A stretch of DNA of 54,809 nucleotides from Gemmatimonadota bacterium (GCA_039586365.1 JBDHKN010000027.1:1-54809); one strand, 5' to 3'. Shown: positions 44,815 to 54,809, numbered from the stretch's first letter. Translations and numbers: made by a program. Notes: generated by a model not told the origin, from the sequence alone.

Positions 44815-47139
44815 ATGGCGTCGAAAACAGAATCCGTTGTTAAGGGCAATCAAGCAAGTACGTCTGCGGAGGCTGTCGGCCTGCCGGAAGCTAGGGACGT
44901 TGCGGCCGACGAATCCAAACCGGTGAAGAAAGGTGCTGTGTCAAAGAAGCGACGACCGGCCGGAACACCGGTACACCCGGGACCGCTACCGCAAGCCACA
45001 GCAACTGGTGAGTACGATCTGGAGGGTCCCGAGTACTTCCTCAATCGTGAGTTGACGTGGCTCAACTTCAACTTCCGCGTCCTGCACGAAGCCGAGGATG
45101 AGCGCACTCCACTATTGGAGCGGGTCAAGTTCCTCGCCATAGTGGGTTCCAACGTCGACGAGTTCTTCATGAAGAGGATTGGAGGTCTGAAGCAGCAGGT
45201 CGGAGCCAGGGTGCACGAACGTACTGTCGACGGTCGTACGCCTAAGCAACAGATCCAGGAGTGCTACGAACTGATCAGCCAGTTGGAAGAGAGGCAGCGC
45301 CGGGTGTTGGGCGATGTGCTCGAGCAGCTTGCCAGAAACGGTATTGTTGTCGCCACCTACGACTCCTTGAGTCTGGAGGACCAAGAAAGGCTGCGTCAGT
45401 ATTACATCGATAACATCTTTCCGTTGGTCACCCCGCAAGCAACCGACCCAGCACATCCGTTTCCGTTCGTCTCCAATCTCTCATTGAATCTGCTAGTTAG
45501 TCTGCATCATCCCAAGGAGAGCACCCCGGCGCTCGCGAGAGTCAAAGTCCCTGTCGGCAGCGGAGTCCCTCGACTCCTCAGACTCGAGGGAACCAGAACG
45601 TTCGTGACCCTCGAAAGCGTGATGGCGGGCAATCTCGACCTGCTGTTCCCGGGTATGGAGATCGAGAGTTGCGAAGAGTTTCGGGTAACGCGGAATGCGA
45701 ACACACTCATGGAGGAAGAGACAGCCGATGATCTCCTCGCGCTCATAGAAAGTGAACTACGGGAACGGAGATTCGCTCCAGTGGTACGTCTGGAGGTTGA
45801 CGCTGGGATATCACCGCTGCATAGGGGTCGGTTGGCTGCGGAGCTGGGGTTGGATGAACAGGCCGACGTATTCGAAGTGGAAGGCCTGCTGGGTCCCCGC
45901 GATCTGATGGAGCTGACGTCCATTCAGGAGCCGTCCCTGCACGATCCGCTGCACCAGCCGGCGAACCACCCAGCGATGGAGGATGAAGACAGCATCTTCC
46001 ACATCGTTAGAGATGCTGGGTCATTTTTGCTGTACCACCCGTATCAGTCGTTCTCGACGTCGGTTGAGCGTTTCTTGCAAGAGGCCAGCCGCGACCCCAA
46101 GGTTCGTGCACTCAAGATGGTGCTCTATCGGACTTCTGCCCACTCAAAGCCGATCGACTACTTGGTGGATGCCGCCCGCAACGGCAAACAGGTAGCGGTC
46201 GTCGTCGAGTTGAAGGCGCGGTTTGACGAGGCGGCCAACATCCGCTGGGCCAATCGCCTCGAGGAGGCGGGCGTTCACGTTACGTACGGGGTGGTTGGTC
46301 TCAAGACACACTGCAAGGCGATACTGGTCGTGCGCCAAGACTACGATGGCCTGAAACGGTACGCACATGTGGGAACAGGAAACTACAATGCTGAAACCGC
46401 CAGGCTCTATTCAGATCTGGGCATGCTCACCAGTGACTCGGAGATCGCGCAAGATCTCACGGAGTTATTCAACTATCTAACGACAGGATACAAGCCTAGT
46501 CGCACCTACAACAAGCTCATTCCGGCACCGAAGAACCTCAAGGCTGCGCTGTTGAGCAAGATAGACAGGGAGATTGCCGTACACTCCAAGGCGAATCCCG
46601 GCCTCATCCAGCTGAAGATGAATGCCTTGGAAGATGTTGACATGACGCGTGCGCTGTACCGGGCATCACAGGCAGGTGTGAAAGTGGACCTTGTGGTACG
46701 CGACTCGTGTCGCTTGAGACCGGGGATAGAAGGACTGTCGGAGAACGTACGGGTGATGAGTATTGTCGGGCGCTTTCTCGAGCACCCCAGAATCTTCTAC
46801 TTCCGGAATGGCGGTGATGAGGAGTACTACATAGGCTCGGCTGATTGTATGAAGCGGAACCTCGAAAGCCGGGTCGAGTTCATCGTGCCTGTGGAGGATC
46901 CAAACTTACGGAATGATATCAGGTACTTTCTGGACACCCAGGTGAACGACCAGCGTGGAGCATGGGAGATGTGTCCCGACGGCAGCTACGTGCAACGTCG
47001 CCCTGCCAATGATGAGGATTCCGTCCACTCGCAGGAGGAACTGATCAGGTGGGCTGATCGGCTGAACAGACAAGCCACACGGCTCCGACGAAGAAAGCCC
47101 CGCGGGCTGGTCAAGTTGAGGAATGTGAGGGGGGCGTAG
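44815..47139 (+). CDS. ppk1: Polyphosphate kinase 1
   Basis: NRELTWL.FN.RVL, LLER.KFLAI, DPAHPFP, HPYQSF, VELKARFDE..NI, LKTH.K, GTGNYN, GRFLEH.R, SAD.M.RNL. Confidence 0.97.
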   Translation: MASKTESVVKGNQASTSAEAVGLPEARDVAADESKPVKKGAVSKKRRPAGTPVHPGPLPQATATGEYDLEGPEYFLNRELTWLNFNFRVLHEAEDERTPLLERVKFLAIVGSNVDEFFMKRIGGLKQQVGARVHERTVDGRTPKQQIQECYELISQLEERQRRVLGDVLEQLARNGIVVATYDSLSLEDQERLRQYYIDNIFPLVTPQATDPAHPFPFVSNLSLNLLVSLHHPKESTPALARVKVPVGSGVPRLLRLEGTRTFVTLESVMAGNLDLLFPGMEIESCEEFRVTRNANTLMEEETADDLLALIESELRERRFAPVVRLEVDAGISPLHRGRLAAELGLDEQADVFEVEGLLGPRDLMELTSIQEPSLHDPLHQPANHPAMEDEDSIFHIVRDAGSFLLYHPYQSFSTSVERFLQEASRDPKVRALKMVLYRTSAHSKPIDYLVDAARNGKQVAVVVELKARFDEAANIRWANRLEEAGVHVTYGVVGLKTHCKAILVVRQDYDGLKRYAHVGTGNYNAETARLYSDLGMLTSDSEIAQDLTELFNYLTTGYKPSRTYNKLIPAPKNLKAALLSKIDREIAVHSKANPGLIQLKMNALEDVDMTRALYRASQAGVKVDLVVRDSCRLRPGIEGLSENVRVMSIVGRFLEHPRIFYFRNGGDEEYYIGSADCMKRNLESRVEFIVPVEDPNLRNDIRYFLDTQVNDQRGAWEMCPDGSYVQRRPANDEDSVHSQEELIRWADRLNRQATRLRRRKPRGLVKLRNVRGA

Positions 47140-47162
47140 GTACTCTTGCAGAGGCAGATGGC

Positions 47163-47675
47163 GTGGAACTGCTAGTGATCCGGCATGCTGTTGCCGAGCT
47201 TCGGAAGGTCTTTGCGGAGACTGGGCAGGACGATACCCAACGTCCGCTCACCAAGAAGGGGAGGAGGCGTATGGAGGCCGCAGTGCGAGGGCTCAGGACG
47301 CTGGTGCCGCGCATTGATATGCTAGCCGCGAGTCCCCTTGTTAGAGCGGCCCAGACCGCGGAAATCGTTGCAGCCTGCTACAAGAGCGCCGAGCGACTAG
47401 AGCTGGATCCGCTGGCTCCGACGGGTGACCAACGGGCAATACTCACCTGGCTTCAGATGCAGGATGAGGGAAGCACCATTGCCATCGTTGGACACGAACC
47501 GGATCTGGGCAAGCTGACGAGCTGGCTGCTCGCGACGCCCGACAGTCATTTCCTCGAATTGAAGAAGGGCGGCGTCTGCCTGCTTGAGTGGCCGGTGAAT
47601 ATTGCGGCAGGGGACGCAGTTTTGCGCTGGTTGCTCACCGCTGCTAGTCTGAGGAAGCTGGGAAAGGGCAGGTAA
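47163..47675 (+). CDS. sixA: SixA-like phosphohistidine phosphatase
   Basis: LLVIRHA.A, RPLT..G, SPLVRA.QTA, IVGHEPDL, LKKGG. Confidence 0.85.
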   Translation: MELLVIRHAVAELRKVFAETGQDDTQRPLTKKGRRRMEAAVRGLRTLVPRIDMLAASPLVRAAQTAEIVAACYKSAERLELDPLAPTGDQRAILTWLQMQDEGSTIAIVGHEPDLGKLTSWLLATPDSHFLELKKGGVCLLEWPVNIAAGDAVLRWLLTAASLRKLGKGR

Positions 47676-47700
47676 TCCTGTCGATGGGGGACTTACAAAG

Positions 47701-48789
47701 ATGAACGTTCGAGCTCGCGTCTGGTCGTCTCCGTTTACAAGCATAACTGCATACTACATCGTCATCGGTCTCATCTTTTGGGGCCTCGCGACTCTGTTCC
47801 CAGTGCTGCAACAGGCGTTCTCGACCGAGCGTCTTGGTGAGCTAGCGCAGCGCAACGTGTTCCTCGATCAGAGCGATGCTCTAGAGGTTGCACGGGACCC
47901 TGTAGAGACGATGCTGGTCACCCTTTTTGCCAGCTTCGGCTGCTTGATAATGCTGGCACCAGTTGTCTGGGTCTACATGGTCACCAAGCAGCAGGAAGGG
48001 TACGATGAGTCTGTGGTTCACACGGTGCTCATTCTTCCGCTTCCGGTCACAGCGTTGGTCATGGTGGTTCAGGACAGCTTCGCTCTCGCATTCAGCCTAG
48101 CCGGTATCGTGGCTGCGGTCAGGTTCCGTAACACGCTGAAGGACACCAAGGATGCAGTGTACATCTTTCTGGCCATCGGCACTGCTCTGGCTGCAGGAGT
48201 GCAGGCGCTGGGCATCGCCGGTGTGGCCACGGTGTTGTTCAATTACCTCGTTCTGGTCATGTGGAAGTACCAGGTCGGCAACATCTACGCTGATCAGCTC
48301 AAGTTCACGCCTAAGATGCGGCTGGGTGATGTGTTAGCGGGAGGAGGAACACCCGGTGCTGGAACGGGTCAGCTTACCATCGGGGATCCTGGCATCCTGG
48401 CCTCGCTTACACCGGACAGCCTCGCTGAGATTGCGGAGCGCAAGGCACGTATACGAGAACACCTCGAAAGTGCAGGAAAGGGTGCCAAGAAATACAACGG
48501 ACTACTTGTGGTGTTAGGCAACGGCACGGAACAGACTTTGGATGCCCTCGATGAGGTTCTCAAGCAGCATACTGAGAAGTTCAAGCTGGCGGAGATAACA
48601 CCGACGGCCGACGGAAACTCTACACTCGAGTACCTGATTGGCCTTCCCAGAGACGTTGCTGGGGCAGAGTTCATAGCTGCCATACGTGCCAGGGCAGGTA
48701 TGTACATCACTGCTGCGGAGTTTCGCAATCTACAGGCCCGCAAGACCAAGGATCCACGGGCTCCCTATTGGCCCCCTCCCAAGGATTGA
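47701..48789 (+). CDS. DUF4956-domain membrane protein
   Basis: ALAFSLAGIVAAVRFRNTLKD.KDA.YIFLAI..ALAAG signature in a multi-TM region. Confidence 0.85.
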   Translation: MNVRARVWSSPFTSITAYYIVIGLIFWGLATLFPVLQQAFSTERLGELAQRNVFLDQSDALEVARDPVETMLVTLFASFGCLIMLAPVVWVYMVTKQQEGYDESVVHTVLILPLPVTALVMVVQDSFALAFSLAGIVAAVRFRNTLKDTKDAVYIFLAIGTALAAGVQALGIAGVATVLFNYLVLVMWKYQVGNIYADQLKFTPKMRLGDVLAGGGTPGAGTGQLTIGDPGILASLTPDSLAEIAERKARIREHLESAGKGAKKYNGLLVVLGNGTEQTLDALDEVLKQHTEKFKLAEITPTADGNSTLEYLIGLPRDVAGAEFIAAIRARAGMYITAAEFRNLQARKTKDPRAPYWPPPKD

Positions 48790-48823
48790 TGGCCAGCGGT
48801 GCCACACAGGGATCGGTGATCGC

Positions 48824-49681
48824 GTGATTCGGCGCGCTGCTGTTCTCCTTGTTCCTTCTTGTCTTCTGTGCTGCGAAGAACAGGCGGCGCAGGTGCCTGA
48901 GTCGTCAGCCCTGAGCCGATATCGCTTCACGGCAGAGACGGCAACGCAGTGGAGATTACCTAGTGGTCTGAGGGAAATATCGGGGTTAGCCACAACCCCA
49001 GACGGTCGCCTGTTCGCTCACGATGACGAGAAGGCCGTCATCTATGAGATAGACTACGGCAGCGAGCGCGTAGTGAAGGCATTCGCCCTGGGAGATGTCA
49101 CTCAGCGAGATGATTTCGAGGGACTGGCAGTGGCCGACAATAAGTTCTATCTCGTTTCGAGTTACGGCAGGCTCTACGAAGCTGCTGAGGGAGCCGATGG
49201 CGAGCGGATGCTGTTCAACACGTACGGCACTGGGGTGGGCAGGCAATGTGAGGTGGAGGGTCTGGCCTTCGAGCCTGTTGATCGATCACTCTTGCTGCTG
49301 TGCAAGACAGCTCGAACTAAGGAGCTGGAAGACTTCGTTGCGATATACAAATGGTCGTTGGATCGGCGCAGTCTGACGGCGGATTCCCCCCTGCTGATAC
49401 CTCTCGAGGCAGTTACTGATCACATCAAAGGGAAATCGTTCAATCCCTCGGGTATCGAGATACATCCGCTGACGCACACGTACTTCGTTGTTGCAGCCAA
49501 GCAGGAGGCGATAGTCGAAGTCACGCCGGCCGGGGCGGTGAGAGCTGTGATTGAGCTCCCTGGCAAGGTACATCGGCAAGTCGAAGGAATCGCGTTCGTA
49601 CCGGTTGCCGACTTGCTGCTGGGAGACGAAGGACAGGGCGGGCGCGGTAGGCTTACGCTGTACAGCCAGACAGGTCAGTGA
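48824..49681 (+). CDS. SdiA-regulated (YjiK-like) beta-propeller, probable lipoprotein
   Basis: GTG start with an LLCC lipobox-like signal. Repeats LREISGL, DFEGLA, EVEGLAF, PSGIE, QVEGIAF. Confidence 0.75.
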   Translation: MIRRAAVLLVPSCLLCCEEQAAQVPESSALSRYRFTAETATQWRLPSGLREISGLATTPDGRLFAHDDEKAVIYEIDYGSERVVKAFALGDVTQRDDFEGLAVADNKFYLVSSYGRLYEAAEGADGERMLFNTYGTGVGRQCEVEGLAFEPVDRSLLLLCKTARTKELEDFVAIYKWSLDRRSLTADSPLLIPLEAVTDHIKGKSFNPSGIEIHPLTHTYFVVAAKQEAIVEVTPAGAVRAVIELPGKVHRQVEGIAFVPVADLLLGDEGQGGRGRLTLYSQTGQ

Positions 49682-49705
49682 TGTGGTCGGCTTGGTGAAC
49701 TGGCA

Positions 49706-49813
49706 CTATTGCACGGTGAGCTCGATCCCGTAACGGGCCACGATGAGGTGGAAGCTGTTTGAGCCGAGATCCACGGCTGCGAACATCTGACCGTCGAAGT
49801 CCGTCTCTTCCAT
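49706..49813 (-). pseudogene. ppx: 35-codon remnant of a Ppx/GppA exopolyphosphatase
   Basis: MEETDFDGQMFAAVDLGSNSFHLIVARYGIELTVQ*. AAVDLGSNSFHL is the Ppx/GppA N-terminal phosphate-1 motif. Confidence 0.8.
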
Positions 49814-49907
49814 CCCGGCCTGTGAATCGCCCTCTATCTGTGAGCTTCGTGCCGTCATTGGCGGTTGCTCAGCGGTCAGAATTGCGGCGGCGGCCCCACT
49901 GGTAAGG

Positions 49908-52574
49908 TCAGTAGAAAAAGCCAGCCGTAATATAGAGTCCTGTTAGATCCTCTCCGGTCGCAATCCCTGCCGATAGCGTCTGAAGTCGATCGATGATGGA
50001 TAGCCAGATCCCGCCACCAAGCCCGGTGTGCCAGGTGTCGGCTTCCGCCGGATCCGCCCCGTGGAACACCCGTCCGACATCCGCCAGTCCGAATAGCCCC
50101 ACCACACCCGGAACCAGGGCTTTGAATCGTGAGGCGGTAATACGTAGCTCTATGTTACCAAAGGCTGCAGCGTCACCGGCAAACCGTTGTGACCGGAAAC
50201 CGCGCAACGTCCTTCCCCCGCCGAGATATGCTGCCTCATGGAAAGGGTAAGTTCCCCACACCTTCTTGCCCCCGGCCCTGAGTGCCAAAGTGGGCTCGGC
50301 GGGTAGCTCGGCTGTCAGATAGACCGACGCAGCTCCGTGGACTTCACTAAAGGTGGATGTGACGTCCCACATTCGAGGGTAGAGTGATGCTCCAGCAGTT
50401 AGGAACACCCCTCGCTTTGGGTGCCCGGAGTTGTCACGGGTGTCGATCTCCAGCGAACTAGTCGCCCCTATTTGACCGAATGATCCGGTACCATAGAGTG
50501 CAGGCTCGATCGTTCCGATGAACCGGCTGGCGTTCTTGTCTGCGGGGGTGTTCGAGTACTTTACGACGGGACCAAATTCGAAGGTGAGAGCTGGGCGTAG
50601 GGGCTCGGTGCCCGCACCCTCCCTCCCTCCGCGGTTGTGTCCTTTTCTGATGGCCAGTGTTGGGAGAATCAGGGCGTTGCGTTGTTCCAGCTCATAGAAT
50701 GAAGCGGAACCTGGTACCTCGGTCTCGTTGCCGAATCCGTGGAAGCGCAGAAAGTCGAGTCCCGTGTACTCGATACGGACCTTGCCGTCAATCCCGGGCC
50801 AGAGACTGCGGAATGTGCCCCGATAACCTACGATTGGCTCGGGGCCGTTGGTGATCAGACCAGCGACTACTGTGTGCCGCGTTCTGAACGGATCCTTGCG
50901 ATATCCGTAGTTCTCGGAGTGGAAGCTGACAGCGAAGAACAGACCAGGGTCTGGGGCGTAGCCGAAGAGCGGATATGCCAGGCGGCGGCCGCCCCAGTCC
51001 AGAGCGAATTTGTGCGCCTGATCTCTTGCAGGAGGTCGATCCCAGGGCCGTACATCCACCTTGGCTCCAGTCCCGACTATAAATTCGTTCTCACCTCGCC
51101 AGTCATAGAAGCGTGTCTTCCCAGCTGCCGACGTTGATGAGTTCACAAATTGGTCGTCACCCGCGCCACCATTCACACGCACAACGATGGTGCCGCTTGC
51201 TCCGGTGACTTCTACGCTATCGTCGCCACCGCGCAGGTACAAGCGGACCTCGCGCGTCTCGTCGGGGCGGAACGTTCGCTGGAAGTATGGTTCGGCTCTT
51301 TGTGCACCGTCCTCCCTGAGGCCGACGCGTACCTGGAGGTCGCCGTTCGCTCTATGTTCGAATTCTGCGTACTCCGCCAGATCGGTGGCCTTGATGTCGA
51401 CGGAGCTCGAAATGAGGCGGTAGTACGAGTCTGCGGCTGTGGCGAGCCTGTCCCGTCTACTCTTAAGCGCCTGCGACAGATGGTCTCCACTCAACCGGAG
51501 GTGTACTGGTGGGAGGCGCCGCACGGCTGCGTCAATCGCTGTGTCATTCAGCTCCAGCTGCACCACGGCTACGAGTGAATCCCAAGTTGGCTTCTCGAGT
51601 TCGGCAAGGAGTTCGCGATCGACCTCCCAACCGTTGAAGGTGAGTCCCACGATATTGGGAAAGTTTGCCTCGAACTCGATCTGCTGTGGCCTTGGAAGTC
51701 GCGTAATCCAGTTGACGAAACCGTCGAAATGGACGAACGCCTGATCGCGGTCTTCTGGAATGGGCAGCCAGACTCGGCAGCTTCCTGCGGGGAAGCTCGC
51801 CCAGCGCCACTGACCTGCGTGTCGGTCCTTGTCTCCGATCAACATGTCGAGCAACCGTGCTTTGAGGAATGCATGAGCATCAGCGCGGTCGCACGGGGTC
51901 TCCTCGAGCAATCCGAAGAAAGTCTCGGAGCCAGCGATTCGCCGCGAACCGGCAAAACCCGGGGTGTTGTCGCCACCTTCGTCAGGATGCAATAGGAGCA
52001 TACCAACCAAACCGGCGAATTCCTCGCGAAACTCGCCTAGGCGTGCATCGTCCGGAATGATGACAAGCCGGTGTGAGGCGTGCAGTATACTTGTGGCTTC
52101 CAGGAGAGCGTCCACGACCAGGGCAGCGGTCGGATGTAGGGCACTGATCTGATCTTGGATGATCTCCTCTGCAAACGTGTTCTTGAGTTGCGAGATCAGT
52201 CGCTTTGTGGGATCCTTGTCGACTGACCGCACGACGTAGCGACGGCCGTCGTTACCTTGGAAGTGCAGGGAGACCGACTGACCGAACCCTCCCGTTCGCA
52301 AGGGAGTCAACCCGGACCCGACGCTGTCCAGGTTCAATACAGGAACCTCTATCGGGCTGGTCCAGAGATCCCGATAATCACTCCCCAGCAGCCACCGCCT
52401 GAAACCGGAGGCTCGATATCGCTCACCTAGGACCACTGTGTGTGTCCGGGTCCCAAGCGGGGGAGGTGACTTAGTCATCTGAGCAAACGCGCCCACGGGT
52501 GTCAGGCTGATCGGGAGCGCCAGGAAACTGGTCAGAACTGTGCACAACACTTGATGGTAGCGATGCCGACGCAT
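49908..52574 (-). CDS. Omp85/BamA-type barrel protein with large N-terminal passenger domain
   Basis: Signal peptide. The C-terminal barrel has DTRD, LGG.RTLRGFRSQRFAGD, N.ELR, D.GRV and a terminal aromatic (GFFY). Confidence 0.85.
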   Translation of the reverse strand: MRRHRYHQVLCTVLTSFLALPISLTPVGAFAQMTKSPPPLGTRTHTVVLGERYRASGFRRWLLGSDYRDLWTSPIEVPVLNLDSVGSGLTPLRTGGFGQSVSLHFQGNDGRRYVVRSVDKDPTKRLISQLKNTFAEEIIQDQISALHPTAALVVDALLEATSILHASHRLVIIPDDARLGEFREEFAGLVGMLLLHPDEGGDNTPGFAGSRRIAGSETFFGLLEETPCDRADAHAFLKARLLDMLIGDKDRHAGQWRWASFPAGSCRVWLPIPEDRDQAFVHFDGFVNWITRLPRPQQIEFEANFPNIVGLTFNGWEVDRELLAELEKPTWDSLVAVVQLELNDTAIDAAVRRLPPVHLRLSGDHLSQALKSRRDRLATAADSYYRLISSSVDIKATDLAEYAEFEHRANGDLQVRVGLREDGAQRAEPYFQRTFRPDETREVRLYLRGGDDSVEVTGASGTIVVRVNGGAGDDQFVNSSTSAAGKTRFYDWRGENEFIVGTGAKVDVRPWDRPPARDQAHKFALDWGGRRLAYPLFGYAPDPGLFFAVSFHSENYGYRKDPFRTRHTVVAGLITNGPEPIVGYRGTFRSLWPGIDGKVRIEYTGLDFLRFHGFGNETEVPGSASFYELEQRNALILPTLAIRKGHNRGGREGAGTEPLRPALTFEFGPVVKYSNTPADKNASRFIGTIEPALYGTGSFGQIGATSSLEIDTRDNSGHPKRGVFLTAGASLYPRMWDVTSTFSEVHGAASVYLTAELPAEPTLALRAGGKKVWGTYPFHEAAYLGGGRTLRGFRSQRFAGDAAAFGNIELRITASRFKALVPGVVGLFGLADVGRVFHGADPAEADTWHTGLGGGIWLSIIDRLQTLSAGIATGEDLTGLYITAGFFY

Positions 52575-52845
52575 GATCACTCCAACGCTCTGCAAGGTTG
52601 ACGGTCGTCTGGGTCCTCGACACGGTGGACGGCGCGATGCAGACATGTTTGGGTTGCGACCGTAGGTGCGAGGTGTTAACCATAAGCTCCGGTACGGACG
52701 GGGGGAACAAGTCGAATTTCGACGTGTTGTCCCGAAGTGGGTGGAGGCGTCACCGCACTAGGTGCGAGTCCCCGCCGGATCGTCTTTCTCGTTACAGACG
52801 CGGCTATGCTGGCGTCACAAGCTGCGGCGGTCTCGGGCCATAGCG

Positions 52846-53916
52846 ATGAAAAGCACTCGCAAACACCTGCACCAGCCAGTCGAACTCACCTGCCGTCAGT
52901 TTGCGATGGTATTACTCGCGAACGCCGTCAAAGAATGCGACGGCCTCTCCGAGCCAGAGAATACGGCTGCACTGCACGACTTCCGCGTCAGCGTGAGGCG
53001 CCTGCGCACTTTCTTGAAGTCGTACCAGGCCTATCTCCCCAAGACTGTATGCAGGAGATCCCGCAAACAGCTGCGCGAGCTCATGTCGGCCACCAACACC
53101 TGGCGTGATAGCCAGGTTCAGCTAGCGTGGCTGGAACAACAGTTCAGTCGCAAGAACCTGGGGCGGCTGCAACGCCAGGGCCTCTCGGTCGTCATCCGTC
53201 AGCTGCGAGAACAGCAGGACGACGCAATGGAGGATCTCGTGGGTACTATTCCGGAGGACTTCGGGAAGATCCGGGAGAGGCTGGAGAAGGGATTGGCGAC
53301 GGCGAAGCAGGCAATTCAGCTCAATTCCTCGGGCGAGCTTGAGTCGTTTGCATCCGTGACGGCGCGAATGCTGCAGCAACATGCAGCTAAGCTGAGAGAT
53401 GCTTTGGATCAAGTCCAATCGGTTGATGGCCGTTCGGAAGCCCACCGCGCACGGCTAGCATCAAAACACCTTCGCTACGTTCTCGAGCCTGTGCGGTCTC
53501 TGGTGGCAGGTGGTGGAAGTGCAGTCAACAAGTTGAAGAACCTCCAGGATCTACTGGGCAACCTCCGTGACCTCCAGAACCTGGAGCTAATGGTCCGTTC
53601 AATCTTGAAACGAACGGCCGTAGCATGGTCTGAACGGTTGGCTGATCTGAGCGCCTCCAAGGAAGCAACTCAGACTACTGCGCGTAAGGTTCCGGAACTG
53701 GATGAATGCCGTGCCTTGGCCGCGGTTATCCAGAAGGTGCGGCGCCGTGAACGCAGGCTCTTTGTTTCTCTCGAGCAGCAGTGGCTGGGTGGCGCACAGC
53801 CGCCCTTCTTCGACCGTATCGATAGGATCACACTGCAGCTCGATCCATCGCTTCAACTGGTGACGAGCCGGGGTGGAGCGCTGGATCGAGGTCCTGCATC
53901 GCCGAGCGAAGTGTGA
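52846..53916 (+). CDS. CHAD-domain (polyphosphate-binding) protein
   Basis: LHDFRVSVRRLR, RD..V, HRARL..KHLRY.LE, LQDLLG.LRD. Confidence 0.9.
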   Translation: MKSTRKHLHQPVELTCRQFAMVLLANAVKECDGLSEPENTAALHDFRVSVRRLRTFLKSYQAYLPKTVCRRSRKQLRELMSATNTWRDSQVQLAWLEQQFSRKNLGRLQRQGLSVVIRQLREQQDDAMEDLVGTIPEDFGKIRERLEKGLATAKQAIQLNSSGELESFASVTARMLQQHAAKLRDALDQVQSVDGRSEAHRARLASKHLRYVLEPVRSLVAGGGSAVNKLKNLQDLLGNLRDLQNLELMVRSILKRTAVAWSERLADLSASKEATQTTARKVPELDECRALAAVIQKVRRRERRLFVSLEQQWLGGAQPPFFDRIDRITLQLDPSLQLVTSRGGALDRGPASPSEV

Positions 53917-53995
53917 TAGTCCGTAGGACAAGCCGGCGCTTCCTGTCCATCTCGTGCCGTCTATCTTTAGGCCTGTCTCAAACCACAGATCAACC

Positions 53996-54809
53996 ATGAT
54001 TGCCAGGCGCTTATTCTTGTTTGTATCGCTGCAGCTGGCTGCGTTTCAGGCTGTTGCTCAAGCACCCGACCTCACAGTTGAGACCATCTTTGGATCTCAG
54101 GATTTCTCTGACGATCTGGTGGACGTGCAATGGTCAGTTGACCCGCGCTACTTCATCAGAAAGGTCGAGAATGGACCTATCAGTGATCTCTACCGCATCG
54201 AGGCTCGATCGGGGCAGGAAGAGCTGATCCTCAGGAGCGGCGATCTGATTCCTGCGGGGGAACGAGAGCCTATACGCATGGAGTCATATCAGTTCTCCTC
54301 TGATGGGTCCAAGCTTCTGATTTTCACGAACTCTGTTCGGGTGTGGCGGCAAAACACGAGGGGTGAGTACTACGTGTGGGACATCAGTCGCAGGAGATTC
54401 GACCCCGTGAGTACCCAACCCGGACTGCAAATGTTTGCCAAGTTTTCTCCGGATGGGCGCTACGTAGGGTTCGTGCGTGATCACAACATCTTCGTCACCG
54501 AAGTCAGGAACGGTCGCGAACGGCAGCTTACGTTCGACGGTGATGAGAACGTCATCAACGGGACGACGGACTGGGTTTATGAGGAGGAACTTGGTCTGCG
54601 AGACGCATTTCGTTTCAGTCCGGATGGGAAATGGGTTGCCTTTTGGCGCCTGGATCAAACCGCCATCAAGCCGTTCTATTTGGTGGATGAGCTTAGCCTC
54701 TACCCCGAACTCCTGCCGGTTCGCTATCCCAAGTCGGGCGAGCAGAATTCCGAGGTCCGCATCGGGGTTGTCGAAGTATCTTCGGGCAAGACGAGCTGGA
54801 TCGATCTCG
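53996..54809 (+). CDS. S9B dipeptidyl-peptidase IV, runs off the window
   Basis: MIARRLFLF signal peptide, SYQFSSDG, VWRQNTRG.YYV, AKFSPDG, QLTFDG...INGTTDWVYEEE, RYPKSG..NS. Confidence 0.92.
   Translation, partial: MIARRLFLFVSLQLAAFQAVAQAPDLTVETIFGSQDFSDDLVDVQWSVDPRYFIRKVENGPISDLYRIEARSGQEELILRSGDLIPAGEREPIRMESYQFSSDGSKLLIFTNSVRVWRQNTRGEYYVWDISRRRFDPVSTQPGLQMFAKFSPDGRYVGFVRDHNIFVTEVRNGRERQLTFDGDENVINGTTDWVYEEELGLRDAFRFSPDGKWVAFWRLDQTAIKPFYLVDELSLYPELLPVRYPKSGEQNSEVRIGVVEVSSGKTSWIDL

Overview
A GC-rich bacterial window of about 45 genes. Gene content suggests Gemmatimonadota or a similar diderm, which is an inference (Hanks kinase-TPR protein, M1 and S9 peptidases, BrxA/B, many exported enzymes). 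No rRNA, tRNA, CRISPR array or transposase was recognised. Three things stand out. (1) 1480-6713 is a divergent sulfur locus around back-to-back sigma70-like promoters. The left arm encodes an HTH/7-Cys/receiver regulator fused in frame to a DsrC/TusE domain, followed by dsrM and dsrK. The right arm encodes a paralogous regulator without the fusion, followed by a tandem DsrC-DsrC protein. The two canonical DsrC cysteines are split between the arms, and dsrAB and dsrJOP are absent from the window. This looks like a DsrC-based sulfur/redox sensing circuit. (2) An AhpD/CMD-family selenoprotein missed by the ORF track (440-715) has a C-Y-P-U motif and a SECIS-like hairpin. (3) 44815-53916 is a polyphosphate cluster (ppk1, SixA-like, DUF4956, SdiA-regulated-type propeller, ppx remnant, CHAD) that includes an exported Omp85-type barrel protein carrying atypical kinase-like motifs. 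The rest is mostly housekeeping, redox and peptide-catabolism genes with a few pseudogene remnants. All family calls come from motif recognition by eye; no searches were run.
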